From an uncultured delta proteobacterium (GTDB taxonomy: Bacteria > Desulfobacterota > Binatia > Binatales > Binataceae): a DNA stretch of 64,000 nt. Shown in pieces: positions 31,352 to 42,487 of the stretch. The stretch is taken from contig CAWBYV010000020.1 of the NCBI GenBank assembly GCA_963793115.1, forward strand, positions 262,124 to 326,123, in the 5' to 3' direction. Positions within the stretch are counted from its first letter, which is position 1, and the number at the start of each line of letters is the position of its first letter. The notes beneath the pieces are model-generated. The model saw nothing but the letters and a program-made list of their open reading frames with translations, ran no database searches and was not told the DNA's origin. The translations under genes and the position numbers were made by a program.

Positions 31352-32728
31352 GTGATACACGACGCAGGCTGTTTGGTACCGATGGGGTGCGCGGGGTGGC
31401 CAACGTCGAGCCGATTACCTCGGAGACCGCGCTCAAGCTGGGCCGTGCGCTGGCCCACGTGTTCAGGAACGCCGCCGGCAGGCATCGCCGGATCCTCATC
31501 GGCAAGGACACCCGGCTTTCGGGCTACATGCTGGAAACCGCGATGGAGTCGGGTATCTGCTCGATGGGCGTGGACGTATGGCTGGTCGGCCCGCTCCCGA
31601 CTCCCGGTATCGCTTTTCTGACCAGAAGTATGCGTGCCGACGCCGGAGTCGTGATTTCCGCTTCTCACAATCCCTTCGAGTACAACGGAATCAAATTCTT
31701 CTCGCGCGATGGCTTCAAGCTCGACGACGAGACCGAGCTCGGGATCGAGGAGCTGGTGTTCGACGAGGGCAAACTGGCTCATCTGCCGGGCCGGCCCGGG
31801 CGAGATTGGCAAGGCCGCCCGAATCGACGACGCGATCGGACGCTACCTGGTGTTCCTCAAGGGCTGCGTGCCGCGCACCATAATGCTGGAGGGGCTGAAG
31901 CTGGTGATCGATTGTGCCAACGGCGCCGGCTACAAGGTCGGTCCCGACGCCCTGGAGGAGCTGGGCGCCGAGGTCGTCCGGATTGGCGCCGAGCCCGACG
32001 GCAAGAATATCAACCTCGATTGCGGCGCACTCTATCCCGGCCGCCTGGCCGAGACCGTGAAACAGACCGGTGCCAACGCCGGATTCGCGCTCGACGGCGA
32101 CGGCGACCGCGTCGTGATGGTGGACGAGCGCGGCGAGCCGATGGACGGCGACGACCTGATGGCGATCCTCGGCCTCAAGCTTGCCGCCGAAGGCAAGCTA
32201 AATTCCAACACCGTGGTTGCGACCGTGTTGAGCAATCTCGGGTTGGAGCAGGCCCTGAAATCGGCGGGCGTGCGCCTGGTGCGCACTGAGGTCGGCGACC
32301 CGGCGGTGGCGCGCGAGATGCGCAGCAACGGATACAACCTGGGCGGCGAGCAGTCGGGTCATATAATCCTGACCGACTATTCGACCACCGGCGACGGGCT
32401 TATCACGGCGCTCACGGTTCTGGCTCACATGGTCGAAACCGGCAAGCCGCTCAGCGCATTGCGCGCGATGCGCCGAGTGCCGCAAGTGCAGGAAAACGTC
32501 CTGGTGCGCGAGCGAATTCCGTTCGCCAGCATGCCCGACGTGGAACATCTGATCGCGTCGGTGGAGAAGCGCCTTGCGGCCCATGGGCGGCTGCTGGTGC
32601 GCTACTCGGGTACCGAGATGATGGCGCGCGTAATGATCGAGGGCGAAGACGCGGCCGAGATCGGCGCGCTCGCCCGCGAGATCGGCGCTGCGATCCAAAA
32701 GCGCGCGGCCTCGCATCGTGAGCCTTGA
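31348..32728 (+). pseudogene. glmM: phosphoglucosamine mutase GlmM; frame break near 31795
   Basis: TTG 31348 overlaps the restored cdaR stop. FGTDGVRG, the active-site [16 protein letters not shown], then (after the shift) [22 protein letters not shown]...FALDGDGDR...GGEQSGH. Confidence 0.9.
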
Positions 32729-32769
32729 GCAGAATTGACATTACCTCAAGGAGCACTTACCTATCCAAT

Positions 32770-32907
32770 ATGTCGGCCGAGCGTAGACCATCGCGGGCAC
32801 AGACGAGCGACGGCATCTCAGTGGTCGCCGTTTGCCGGTTCCAGGAAACAACCGGCGTCGGCGGGCGCATCTTTGTCATCACGGTCTGGAAGGTAATCAA
32901 GAGATGA
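32770..32907 (+). CDS. 45-aa ORF translationally coupled to the MqsA-like gene (possible mini or truncated toxin)
   Basis: MSAERRPSRAQTSDGISVVAVCRFQETTGVGGRIFVITVWKVIKR. TGA overlaps ATG 32904. The C-terminal beta-strand motif resembles the tail of DUF4258-type toxins. Weak. Confidence 0.3.
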   Translation: MSAERRPSRAQTSDGISVVAVCRFQETTGVGGRIFVITVWKVIKR

Positions 32908-33476
32908 AAGTTTCAGCGGGCAATCACAAGTGCGAGAAGTGCGGCGGAATACTCGTAACCCGCACGCTGCCCGAATATCGCAACGACGCGCTCATGGGGC
33001 TCCCGGGCGTGGTCATTCTCAACGCCGTCGAGGAAGTGCGCTGTCAGAAATGCGGCCACGTAGCGGCTACTGGTTTCTCCAATCTCGAAGGGCTGCTTGC
33101 CGCAGTCGCGGTGGCGCGGGTCACGGCGCCTCAGAAACTGAGCGGACGCGATGTGCGGTTTCTGCGCAAGACCTTGGGCTGGTTCTCCAGGGACCTCGCA
33201 TCAAAACTTGAAGTCCGCGACGAAACCGTCTCGCGATGGGAAAATGGCAAGGAACCGGTTGGACCGACCAGCGAAAAGCTCTTGCGCTTGATCGTCGCCG
33301 AATTCCTGCGCGAACAGGCTCCGGCTGTGGAGGTGAACGAGAAGCGTATCGCCTCGATGCGTATTCGGACCGTGCGCCCTGTGGCCAAGCCCGTCGAGAT
33401 GCGATTTCGCGCAGTCAACATGAAGGTTGCCCGCCGCCGCGAGCGCGTTTGGAAACAGGTGGTCAAAGCCGCTTGA
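32904..33476 (+). CDS. MqsA-family antitoxin-like protein (YgiT zinc ribbon + XRE HTH)
   Basis: CEKCGG...CQKCGH zinc ribbon, then LSGRDVRFLRKTLGWFSRDLASKLEVRDETVSRWENG HTH. Confidence 0.75.
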   Translation: MKVSAGNHKCEKCGGILVTRTLPEYRNDALMGLPGVVILNAVEEVRCQKCGHVAATGFSNLEGLLAAVAVARVTAPQKLSGRDVRFLRKTLGWFSRDLASKLEVRDETVSRWENGKEPVGPTSEKLLRLIVAEFLREQAPAVEVNEKRIASMRIRTVRPVAKPVEMRFRAVNMKVARRRERVWKQVVKAA

Positions 33477-33518
33477 GCCACCGGGCTGGCTCAGCGCCCG
33501 GTGCATCGCGGCGCGCAT

Positions 33519-33866
33519 TCACTTGGTGATGTCGAGCGTCTGCATTATCGCGTCGGCGACGCGCAGCATCGTCGCCTCATCCAGAGTGGTCAGAGGACCT
33601 TCGATGAGTCGGCGGTTGTCGATGGCGCGAATTTGATCGATCAACAGGTCAAACGTCTGTCGCAGGCGGTCAGCGGCCTTTAGCCGAACACGCAGCGGTT
33701 CGGCGTCGTCGATCAGACTGGTTGTCAACGGGATGATGATGGTCGAGGGATGGGCCGCATCGAGGAGCGCCTGGGCCTGAACGACAAGCACCGGCCGGAT
33801 CTTGCCGGGCTCCGTGCCACGTTGCGGACCAAGTTTCGCAAGCCAGATCTCGCCGCGCTTAGGCAT
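33519..33866 (-). CDS. mazF: MazF/PemK-family endoribonuclease toxin
   Basis: PKRGEIWLAKLGPQRGTEPGKIRPVLVVQ...IIIPLTT...DQIRAIDNRRL. Confidence 0.88.
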   Translation of the reverse strand: MPKRGEIWLAKLGPQRGTEPGKIRPVLVVQAQALLDAAHPSTIIIPLTTSLIDDAEPLRVRLKAADRLRQTFDLLIDQIRAIDNRRLIEGPLTTLDEATMLRVADAIMQTLDITK

Positions 33867-34095
33867 CGGGATCGCGTTCGATCCTAGCGAACTCGGCGTT
33901 CACCTTCATGCTCTCCCTGCGAACCCGGCGGGATGCGTCGGCGAGCCGGGTGGCGCGGGCCCGGGCCTCCGCCTCGCGATTCATCCTTTCGATCGCGCGG
34001 CGGATATACTCGGCTCGCGGAACGCCGAGGGCTTTCGCGCATCGGTCGCTCTCTCTCAGCAGATCCTCGGAGAGCTTCAACGAGATAGCTTCCAT
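33859..34095 (-). CDS. ribbon-helix-helix (CopG) antitoxin, MazE-functional partner
   Basis: MEAISLKLSEDLLRESDRCAKALGVPRAEYIRRAIERM RHH fold. 8-nt overlap with mazF. Confidence 0.75.
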   Translation of the reverse strand: MEAISLKLSEDLLRESDRCAKALGVPRAEYIRRAIERMNREAEARARATRLADASRRVRRESMKVNAEFARIERDPDA

Positions 34096-34275
34096 GATTA
34101 TTCCATTATAATATCCCGCTGGGATGTCTCCGACCAATATGCGGCAAAACGCATGCCCAAGCTAGGGGTCAACGTCGATCATGCTGCGACGCTGCGGCTG
34201 GTCGCGCCCACCGCCCCCCCCGCGCCGCTAGCCCCATCCGTCTGATAGAATCGATCCCGAGGGCGAATTCTCCGC

Positions 34276-35835
34276 GTGAAGCTCATCACTGCAGCGCAAA
34301 GCCGCGAGCTCGATCGGCTCAGCCAGGACAAGTATGGCGTGCCCTCCTACGCGCTGATGACGCGCGCGGGAGAGGCGGTCGCCGACGCTGCCCTGCGCCG
34401 ATTCGGCGCGGCGGTCCGCGGCGGGGTCCTGATCGTCGCGGGCAAGGGCAACAACGGCGGCGACGGGATGGTCGCGGCGCGCCGGCTGCAGGCAATCGGG
34501 CGTGTCGGTCCGCGCGGTGCTGCTCGCCCGACGCAGCGATCTCAAGGGCGACGCGGCCAAAGCGAGCGCGGAATTCATCGGCCACGGCGGCGCGATTGCC
34601 GAAGTCGTCGAGGAAGGCGACCTTGCGCCGGCGCTTGCGGCTCGCCCTGGATTGATCATCGACGCGATCTTCGGCACCGGACTCAACGCCGAAGTGACAG
34701 GACTCCCGCGACGCGCGATCGAGGCTGGTCAACGAGACGCAGTCGGCGATCGTCGCCGTTGATATCGCTTCGGGCGTGAACTCCGACACCGGCGCGATCA
34801 TGGGCGCCGCAGTCAGAGCGTCGCTGACTGTGACCTTCGGGTTTGCGAAGTTCGGCCACGTTTCGTATCCGGGTGCCGCGATGTGCGGCGAGCTCATCGT
34901 CGCCGAGATTGGATTCGCGCCCGAGGCGATAGACGAGATCGCGCCACGCGGACGCTTGATCGAACGCGACGACGTAGCGCCGCTCGTCCATCCGCGCCCG
35001 GCGAACTCGCACAAGGGCTTGTACGGCCATCCGCTGGTCATCGCAGGATCTGTGCGGCAAGGCCGGCGCGGCGATTTTGGTGTCTCGCGGGGCGCTCAGA
35101 ATGGGCGCGGGGCTGGTGACCGCGGCGATTCCCGAATCGGTGTCCTCAATTGTCGCGGGCGCGCAGGCCGAATTGATGACGGAGCCGATGCCCGATCTTA
35201 AGGGGCACTTCGACGACCGCGGGAGCGTCGCACGTCTAGCCTCGCTCGCCGGCGGCAAGGACGTTCTTATCCTCGGTCCCGGAATCGGCCTCAGCGACGA
35301 CACCAAACATCTCGTCGAGTGGCTGATAACCGAGGGTGCGCGGCCCGAGCGCCCCCTGCTGATCGATGCCGACGGACTCAACGCGCTCGCCGCGATCGGT
35401 TGCGATATCCTCAAGCGCGCGCGCGGCCCGGTCGTGCTCACGCCCCATCCGGGCGAGATGGGGCGCCTGCTCGGCACTTCGGCCGCAGCCGTCAACGCGG
35501 ATCGCATTTCGGCTGCGAGAGAGCTGGCGCAGAGCACGGGCGCGCATGTCCTGCTCAAGGGCGCACGCACGGTTATCGCCGCAGCGGACGGCACGACCTA
35601 TGTCAACTCGACCGGGAATCCCGGGATGGGGACGCCGGGGATGGGCGACGTGCTGTCGGGGATCGTCGGCGCGCTGCTCGGGCAGAAGATGAATCCGCTC
35701 GACGCGCTGGCGTTGGGAGCGTTCGTTCACGGTGACGCCGCCGATCGCGTCGCGCGCCGGCTCGGGCCGGTCGGTTATATCGCCGGCGATCTGATCGACG
35801 AATTGCCGTGCGCGATGGCCGCGCTGATCTCGTGA
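34276..35835 (+). pseudogene. nnr: bifunctional NAD(P)H-hydrate epimerase/dehydratase Nnr (YjeF N+C); frame breaks near 34495, 34745 and 35070
   Basis: GKGNNGGDG (epimerase), IIDAIFGTGL, HKGLYGHPLVIAGS, LTPHPGEMGRL, GNPGMGTPGMGDVLSG, spread over four track fragments. Confidence 0.85.
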
Positions 35836-35843
35836 CCGGGGCC

Positions 35844-36329
35844 ATGACATCGCGCGCACGCACGTCCTTCGTCGTCGAGACCCGTTCGGCCCATCAGACC
35901 AAGATGTGGGGCCGGCGGCTCGCCTCGATCCTTGAGGGCGGTGAGCTGCTCGGGCTGGTCGGTGAGCTGGGTGCAGGCAAGACCGTCTTTGTCAAGGGAC
36001 TCGCGCGCGGGCTCAATCTGCGCGAGGAGGAGATTCTGAGCCCGAGCTTCACGATGATCCGCGAGCATCGCGGGCGGCTGCCCCTTTACCATATCGACCT
36101 CTATCGCCTCGACCAGCCGGTGCTCGACGATCTGGGACTGCGCGAGTACCTGTTTTCGGACGCGGTCGCGGCGGTTGAATGGTTCGAGCGCCTGCGCGAG
36201 GCTGCCGAGCTCGACTGTATCAGGATCCGAATCAGCTACGCCGGCGCGAGCATCCGCCGTATCGAGTTCGAAGCTCTCGGCGACCGCTACGGATCGATAG
36301 TCGAGAGTCTGAAAGCCCGATTCGGGTAG
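35844..36329 (+). CDS. tsaE: tRNA t6A37 biosynthesis ATPase TsaE
   Basis: LLGLVGELGAGKTVFVKGLARGL P-loop and YHIDLYRL. Start at ATG 35844 or GTG 35832. Confidence 0.85.
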   Translation: MTSRARTSFVVETRSAHQTKMWGRRLASILEGGELLGLVGELGAGKTVFVKGLARGLNLREEEILSPSFTMIREHRGRLPLYHIDLYRLDQPVLDDLGLREYLFSDAVAAVEWFERLREAAELDCIRIRISYAGASIRRIEFEALGDRYGSIVESLKARFG

Positions 36330-36379
36330 ACCCTCCAACGAGGATCTGTTGCTCCGATGGAAAGGGCTGCTAGTCAACT

Positions 36380-36664
36380 TTAGAACCTCTCGGGCCATTT
36401 TCTGGCGCCATCAAACACCCGGAGAATTTCGACCGTCTCGCCACGCACCCGGTAGGGGACAAGGTAGGGGGTACCGCTAACTACCAACTCCCGAGTGCCA
36501 GGAACCCGTCCCGGCAGGCCGGAGAACAGATGGGCACCAAGTCCCTCAACGCTTGTGGCGATACGTTCCACTATTCGCGCCCCCGCTCCCGGATCGTCAC
36601 GCGCGATGTACGCAGCCTCCTCATCGAGGTTATTGAGCGCGCGCCTAAGCCACCTTACCCGCAC
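36380..36664 (-). CDS. parE: ParE/RelE-family toxin
   Basis: 94 aa: RALNNLDEEAAYIARDDPGAGARIVERI...YLVPYRVRGETVEILRVFDGARKWP. Confidence 0.8.
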   Translation of the reverse strand: MRVRWLRRALNNLDEEAAYIARDDPGAGARIVERIATSVEGLGAHLFSGLPGRVPGTRELVVSGTPYLVPYRVRGETVEILRVFDGARKWPERF

Positions 36665-36896
36665 CGCGCCCCCACTTCCTCATCACTGTCCGGACCTCGT
36701 CCTCGCTCGCGAAATCTCCCGCGTCAGCCTCTTTGAGTGCCGCCTTGATCTCTCCGATCTGCCACTCGTTCAGGCCGACGTAAGCCCGGATCGCCTCAGC
36801 CGCTACATAGGATTTGGTGCGATCCATCGCTTTGGCGAGTTTCTGGAGCCGGCCATTGGTCTTGCGGTCAACCCGGATCGTCAGTACGTCAGACAT
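36645..36896 (-). CDS. parD: ParD/CopG-type RHH antitoxin
   Basis: LTIRVDRKTNGRLQKLAKAMDRTKSYVAAEAIRAYV RHH fold. 20-nt overlap with parE. Confidence 0.75.
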   Translation of the reverse strand: MSDVLTIRVDRKTNGRLQKLAKAMDRTKSYVAAEAIRAYVGLNEWQIGEIKAALKEADAGDFASEDEVRTVMRKWGRGAGKVA

Positions 36897-36943
36897 GTCT
36901 GTATTGTCCCGTATACATTGACATACAACAAGGAGCCCGGGGC

Positions 36944-37180
36944 TTAAGGTTTCCCGCGAACAGCATTTTCTCGCTCATGCGCCCGCTTCGGATGACGGCC
37001 GCGCCGCTGCCTGAGGGACAGCTCGGAATCGACGTTTGAAAACTCATTGGCAGTCTGGCGGGCCTGAAAGGCATTGGCCATATAGCCTTCTGCCACCGCG
37101 TTCTTGAGTTTTGCCCGGCGCAACTTTTCCCGGAGCGGCTGGACGCCCGCTCGGGTTGTTCTCGGCACCCTCGTCCTCAT
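36944..37180 (-). CDS. hypothetical; possible remnant of a CopG-type antitoxin C-terminal half
   Basis: LRRAKLKNAVAEGYMANAFQARQTANEFSNVDSE resembles the AEGY...EF...E tail of RHH antitoxins, but no RHH N-terminus was seen. Weak. Confidence 0.25.
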   Translation of the reverse strand: MRTRVPRTTRAGVQPLREKLRRAKLKNAVAEGYMANAFQARQTANEFSNVDSELSLRQRRGRHPKRAHERENAVRGKP

Positions 37181-37443
37181 ATTACCTTCATATCACCGTA
37201 AATATGTGTCTAATCGTATGTCGGATGGCTCCTACAGCGGACATGTGGCTGCATCGAAGACGAGCGATACCGAGGCGCTCACGCCGCGGGCCGGTTGGGA
37301 TCACCGTGGTCGTCGCCGGATGGTCCCGCGGGCTGCTGCGTCGCTGATCGCTACGCAATCCGCAGGGACTTGGTTTTAGCGCGGCTTGGCCCCATAATTA
37401 TCGTTCTAGCTGAACCAATTGAACCGGGTCAGTGAACGGGTAC

Positions 37444-38694
37444 GTGTCTCTAATCGTCCAGAAATATGGCGGAACTTCGGTCGGCTCGGTCGAGCGGATC
37501 AAGGCCGTCGCCGAACGCGTCGCGCGCGCGGCTGCGCGCGGCGATCGGATCGTGGTCGTGGTCTCCGCGATGGCGGGCGAGACCAACCGGCTGTTCGCCC
37601 TGGCGAGCGAGCTGGGCGAGTCGCCCGACGCCGCGCGAGACCGACGTTCTGGTCGCGACCGGCGAGCAGGTCTCGGCCGCGCTGCTCGCGATCCGGCTGA
37701 ACGCGCTCGGATTCCCGGCGCGTATCGTTTCTGGCCCATCAGTTGAAGATCGCCACCGACTCGAATCACGGCGCGCGCGAAGATCAAGTCGATCGATCGC
37801 GCCAATCGCCTGCATGAGCGCGCTCGACGACGGCAATATCGCGGTGGTCGCGGGCTATCCAGGGCATCGACGAGCGGGCGATATCACCACGCTCGGGCCG
37901 GGGCGCCTCGGACCTTACCGCGGTGGCGCTGGCGGCCGCGCTCAAGGCCGACGTCTGCGAGATCTACACCGACGTGGATGGCGTCTACACCGCCGACCCG
38001 AATATCTGTCCGACGGCGCGCAAGCTCGACCGCATATCCTACGACGAGATGCTCGAGATGGCGGGGCTGGGCGCCAAGGTCCTGCAGCTCGCGCTCGGTC
38101 GAGCTCGCGCGGCGCTATCAACGTGCCGCTGGTGGTGCGTTCGAGCTTCAACGACGCGAGTCGGCACCTGGGTCGGACAGGAGGAGCAAGCGATGGAAGA
38201 CGTGCTGGTTTCGGGCGTCACGCTCGATCAGAATCAGAGCAAGATTACGCTGGCGGGCGTCGAGGATCGGCCCGGTCTCGCGGCGCGGATTTTCGGTCCG
38301 ATCGCCGAGGCCGGAATTATGGTCGACATGATTATCCAGAACGCCAGCGCCGACGGCCGCACCGACGTGACCTTCACGCGTCACGCGCGACGATTTGCGC
38401 CGCGCGCTCGAAATCGTCAAGCGCGTCGCCGGCGAGATCGGCGTCGCCGGGCGTGCGTCACGAGGAGCAGGTCGCCAAGGTTTCGATCGTCGGGCTCGGG
38501 ATGCGCAGCCATGCGGGCGTCGCCGCGAAGATGTTCCGGTGCTCGCCGCCGAGCGGATAAATATCGAGATGATCGCGACCTCCGAGATTAAAGTCTCGGT
38601 GGTGGTCAACTCGAAGTATGGCGAGCTTGCCATGCGCGCCCTGCACGACGCATTCTTGGGCGCGGCGCCAACGCCGCCGCGGAGACGCGTTTGA
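37444..38694 (+). pseudogene. lysC: aspartate kinase; about 10 frame breaks
   Basis: [73 protein letters not shown] and ACT domains (VAKVSIVGLGM, INIEMIATSEIKVSVVV) are scattered over five track ORFs in three frames. Confidence 0.85.
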
Positions 38695-38696
38695 CG

Positions 38697-40434
38697 ATGG
38701 CGGCGACTAAAAAAATCGCAGATTTACGACACCACGCTGCGCGACGGATGCCAGTCCGAGGACGTTTCGCTCACCGTCGAGGACAAGCTGCAGATCGCCG
38801 AGCGGCTCGACGAACTGGGGATCGACTATATCGAGGGCGGATGGCCCGGCTCGAACGATCGCGACGCCGCGTTTTTCACCGAGGTCAAAAAGCTCACGCT
38901 GCAGCATGCGAAGATCGCGGCGTTCGGCTCGACGCGCCGCGCCGGCGTCAAGGCTGCCGCCGACCGCAATCTTCAGCTGATGCTGAGCGCCGACACGCCG
39001 GTCGCCACCGTGGTCGGCAAGACCTGGGACCTGCACGTGCGCGAGGCGCTGCGAATTTCGCTCAAGGAGAACCTCGAGATCCTGCAGCGACACGATCGCG
39101 TATCTGAAGAAGCGCGTCGACGAAGTGATCTTCGACGCCGAGCATTTTTTCGACGGCTACATTCTCAATCCCGACTACGCGATCGCAGTGCCTCAACGCG
39201 CCGTCGACGAGGCCGGCGCCGATCTGATCTGCCTGTGCGACACCAACGGCGGCCGCCTGCCGCACGAGATCGAGGCGGCGGTGCGCGCCGCGCTCGCGCG
39301 TCGGTGCACTGCCCGCTCGGAATCCATTGCCATAACGATTCCGAAGTCGCGGTCGCCAATACCGATCGCGGCGGTCCGCGCCGGCGCGACGCAGGTGCAG
39401 GGCACGATCAACGGGCTCGGCGAGCGCTGCGGCAACGCCAATCTGATCTCGGTCATCGCCGAACCTGCAGCTCAAGCTCGGCTATCAATGCGTGCCGCCC
39501 GCCAAGCTCAAGAGCCTGCGCGAGACCTCGATGCTGGTCTACGAACTGGCCAATATCACGCCCATCCGCGCCAGGCCTACGTGGGCCGCAGTGCTTTCGC
39601 GCAAAGGGCGGGCTGCACGTCTCGGGGATCCAGCGCAACATCCGCACCTACGAGCACATCGATCCCGGCGCTGGTCGGCAACGACCGCCGGGTGGTGCTG
39701 TCGGAACTCTCGGGCCGCGCCAATATCCTGTACAAGAGCCGCGAGTTCGGCTTCGACATCGAGCTGACCAACGAGACAGATCGCCGACGCTGCTCGAGGA
39801 GCTCAAGCGGCTCGAGAGCGAGGGCTATACCTTCGACGGCGCCGACGCCTCCTTCGAGCTGCTGATGCTGCGCACGCTCGGGCTGGCGCAGGAGCACTTC
39901 AACTTCGTCAGCTTCCGCGTCTTCGACGACAAGTGGCATGAGGATCAGGCGCCGTTCAGCGAGGCGGTGGTGGTGATCGAGGGTCCCGACGGCCAGCGCA
40001 CGCGCAATTCGGCGATCGGCAATGGGCCGGTCAACGCGCTCGATTCGGCGCTGCGCAGCGCGCTGGTGCCGTACTATCCGAGCGCTCGAGCGCGATGCAG
40101 CTGGCCGACTACAAGGTCCGCGTGCTCGACAACGGCGCCGGGACCGGCGCGCGGGTGCGCGTGCTGATCGAATCGACCGACGGCAAGACGCCGATGGGGC
40201 ACGGTCGGGCTTTCGAGCAACGTGGTCGAGGCGAGCTGGCAGGCGCTGGTCGATTCGATCGAGTTCAAGCTGCACAAGGACAACCGTGCGAGGCCGCACG
40301 TCGACCGGCTCGCCAAGACGCAACGGCATCGCGGCCGCGACGCCGAGCAGATCCCGGACGCGCCGGCTGGCGACGGTGCAGCGGCCCTCAACGTAAGCCA
40401 GAGCGGCGATCTGAAGAGGACGAGCGCGCCATGA
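38697..40434 (+). pseudogene. cimA: (R)-citramalate/2-isopropylmalate synthase family (CimA-like); many frame breaks and an uncertain 3' end
   Basis: Dropping one A from the A7 run at 38709-38715 gives KKSQIYDTTLRDGCQSEDVSLTVEDKLQIAERLDELGIDYIEGGWPGSN. Later HCHND, GERCGNANL, LESEGYTFDGADASFELL and [15 protein letters not shown] lie in other frames. Confidence 0.8.
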
Positions 40435-40450
40435 GCTATCATCAGCACGG

Positions 40451-41053
40451 ATGCGTGAAGATATCCAGGCGGTCTTCCACCACGATCCGGCGGCCCGCAC
40501 TACACTCGAAGTGGTGCTGGCCTATCCCGGCCTGCACGCCATCTGGATGCATCGGGTGGCCCACTGGTTGTGGCAGCACGATCTCAAGCTGATCGCGCGC
40601 CTGATCAGCGAACTGGCGCGCTTGCTCACCGGAATCGAGATCCATCCGGGCGCCACGATTGGCCGCCGGCTGTTTATCGACCACGGTATGGGGGTCGTGA
40701 TCGGCGAAACCACTGAAATCGGCGACGACGTCCTGATCTACCAGGGCGTGACGCTGGGCGGCACGAGCCTCAAGAAAGAGAAGCGCCATCCGACGATTGA
40801 AGATCACGTGATGGTCAGTGCGGGCGCTTCGGTGATCGGCCCGGTGCGGATCGGCCGCGGCAGCCGAATCGGCGCGGGCGCCGTGGTGGTCTCCTCGGCG
40901 CCGCCGTATTCGACGATCGTCGGCATCCCCGGCAAGGTGATCGAAGGCGAAAGCACGCGCCAGGATGTCGCTGAGCTGGACCATGCGCGGCTGCCCGATC
41001 CGGTCGCGCGGGCGATCAGCGGCTGGTCGACAAGATCAACGCTAGGGAGCTGA
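40451..41053 (+). CDS. cysE: serine O-acetyltransferase
   Basis: [42 protein letters not shown], hexapeptide repeats. The C-terminal ~10 aa may be affected by another indel. Confidence 0.85.
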   Translation: MREDIQAVFHHDPAARTTLEVVLAYPGLHAIWMHRVAHWLWQHDLKLIARLISELARLLTGIEIHPGATIGRRLFIDHGMGVVIGETTEIGDDVLIYQGVTLGGTSLKKEKRHPTIEDHVMVSAGASVIGPVRIGRGSRIGAGAVVVSSAPPYSTIVGIPGKVIEGESTRQDVAELDHARLPDPVARAISGWSTRSTLGS

Positions 41054-41298
41054 CCGAGGTCGAGGAACGCCAGGACTGTCTCGAAGATAAGCCCGGCCGC
41101 GCCCATGCAGCCACGGCGCGTCCGAGCAATCGCCGCCATGGATTGTGGTTTCCGCCAGAAAGGATCGGCCGAGTCCGCAAGCCGCCCGGCTCGCGAACTC
41201 CGGGTTACGGTAGCGCGGTCTTTATGTGCGTGGCCGTCAAGCTAATTACTAGCGTGTCCGATGGTCAATCGCTTATCGGACCGACCTAGCGAATTAGG

Positions 41299-42487
41299 AT
41301 GCGAATCTACCTGGACCATAACGCTGGGATCGCCGCTGCGTCCCGAGGTGCGCGCCGCGATGGCGCGGATGATGGAGACGCCGCACGGCAATCCCGCGTC
41401 GGTCCATCGTGCCGGGCAGCTTGCGCGCCGAAAACTCTCGAAGACGCGCGCACCCGCGATCGCCGCGCTGATCGGCGCCGGCGCGCAAATTGTTTTTACC
41501 GGGGGCGGGACGGAGGCGAACAACCTGGCGATTTTCGGCGCGCTCGGACGGATCGAGGGCCGCCGCCGGATCGTGACCTGCGGCGATCGAGCACTCGTCG
41601 ATTTTCGCGCCGCTGGCCGAGCTCGAACGCGGCGGACTATAAGATCTACAGGTTGACGCCCGATCGCGACGGCGAGTCGCGCCGTCGGCGGTGATCGGCG
41701 CGCTCGACGATCGCGCGATGACGGAGACTGATATAGTGACGGTCGGCCTGGCGAACGCCGAGGTCGGCACGATCCAGGATCCCGCGCCGCTCGCCGGGCC
41801 GGTTGCGCGAGTGGCGCGTTACTCCATCTCGACGCGGCGCAGGCGATCGGCCGGATGCCGGTGAACGTCGCGAGACGCGGCTGCGATCTGATGACGCTTA
41901 GCGGGCATAAGCTCGGCGCACCGGCCGGAATCGGCGCGCTCTACGTCGCGAGTGCGCGAGATCGGACCGCAGATGCTTGGCGGGCCGCAGGAGAATGGAC
42001 TGCGCGCCGGCACGCCGAATCTTCTGCGGCGCGATCGGGTTCGGCGCGCGCGGCTGACGATCGCGATCGACTTCGGGGACGAAACCGCCCGCATCGCGGC
42101 GCTCGCCGACCGTTCTGCTCGCCGGGCTTTGCGCTGCGATTCCCGGGCTTGCGCCTCAACGGCCGAGTCGCGGCGCGCTCCCGAACACGCTGAACCTTAC
42201 CTTTCCGCGACGTGCTCGGCGAGAGCATGTTGATCGCGCTCGATCTCGAAGGCGTCGAGGTCTCGATGGGTTCGGCGTGCGCGGCCGGATGCGGTCGAGC
42301 CGTCGCACGTGCTGCTCGCGATGGGCCGCAACGCAGCGGAGGCGCGCAGCTCGTTGCGGATCAGCCTCGGCTGGTCCAACGACGCTGCCGCAGATCGATA
42401 TCGCGCCGCCGAGATATCGCGCGGGTATGGCGCCGCGTGGTCGCGGCCGAACCGATCGCCCTGCGGCGGCGGAGGCGTTGCCGATGA
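41299..42487 (+). pseudogene. class V cysteine desulfurase (NifS/IscS-like); about 6 frame breaks
   Basis: IYLDHNAG, HGNPASVHRAG, FTGGGTEANNLAI, SGHKLGAPAGIGALYV (PLP Lys) and SMGSACAAG (active-site Cys) lie in different frames. cysE-desulfurase-mnmA order. Confidence 0.8.

Noticed and set aside
30409-32289. 626-aa ORF that looks like a CdaR-GlmM fusion protein
   Set aside because: Removing one G at 31260-31262 restores a normal CdaR C-terminus and a stop that overlaps a TTG start for glmM. The apparent fusion is a consequence of the indel.
37181-37443. Possible lysine riboswitch upstream of lysC (contains GAGGCGC at 37272-37278)
   Set aside because: Apart from that heptamer I could not find the other L-box core elements (GCCGAAG, CUGUCA, and so on). 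A cmscan with RF00168 would settle it.
37205-37459. GTGTCT(C)TAATCGT occurs at both 37206 and 37444; considered as target-site duplication of an insertion
   Set aside because: The two copies do not bracket the TA island (36.3-37.2 kb), and a 12-13 nt match could be chance. No mobile-element genes lie between them.
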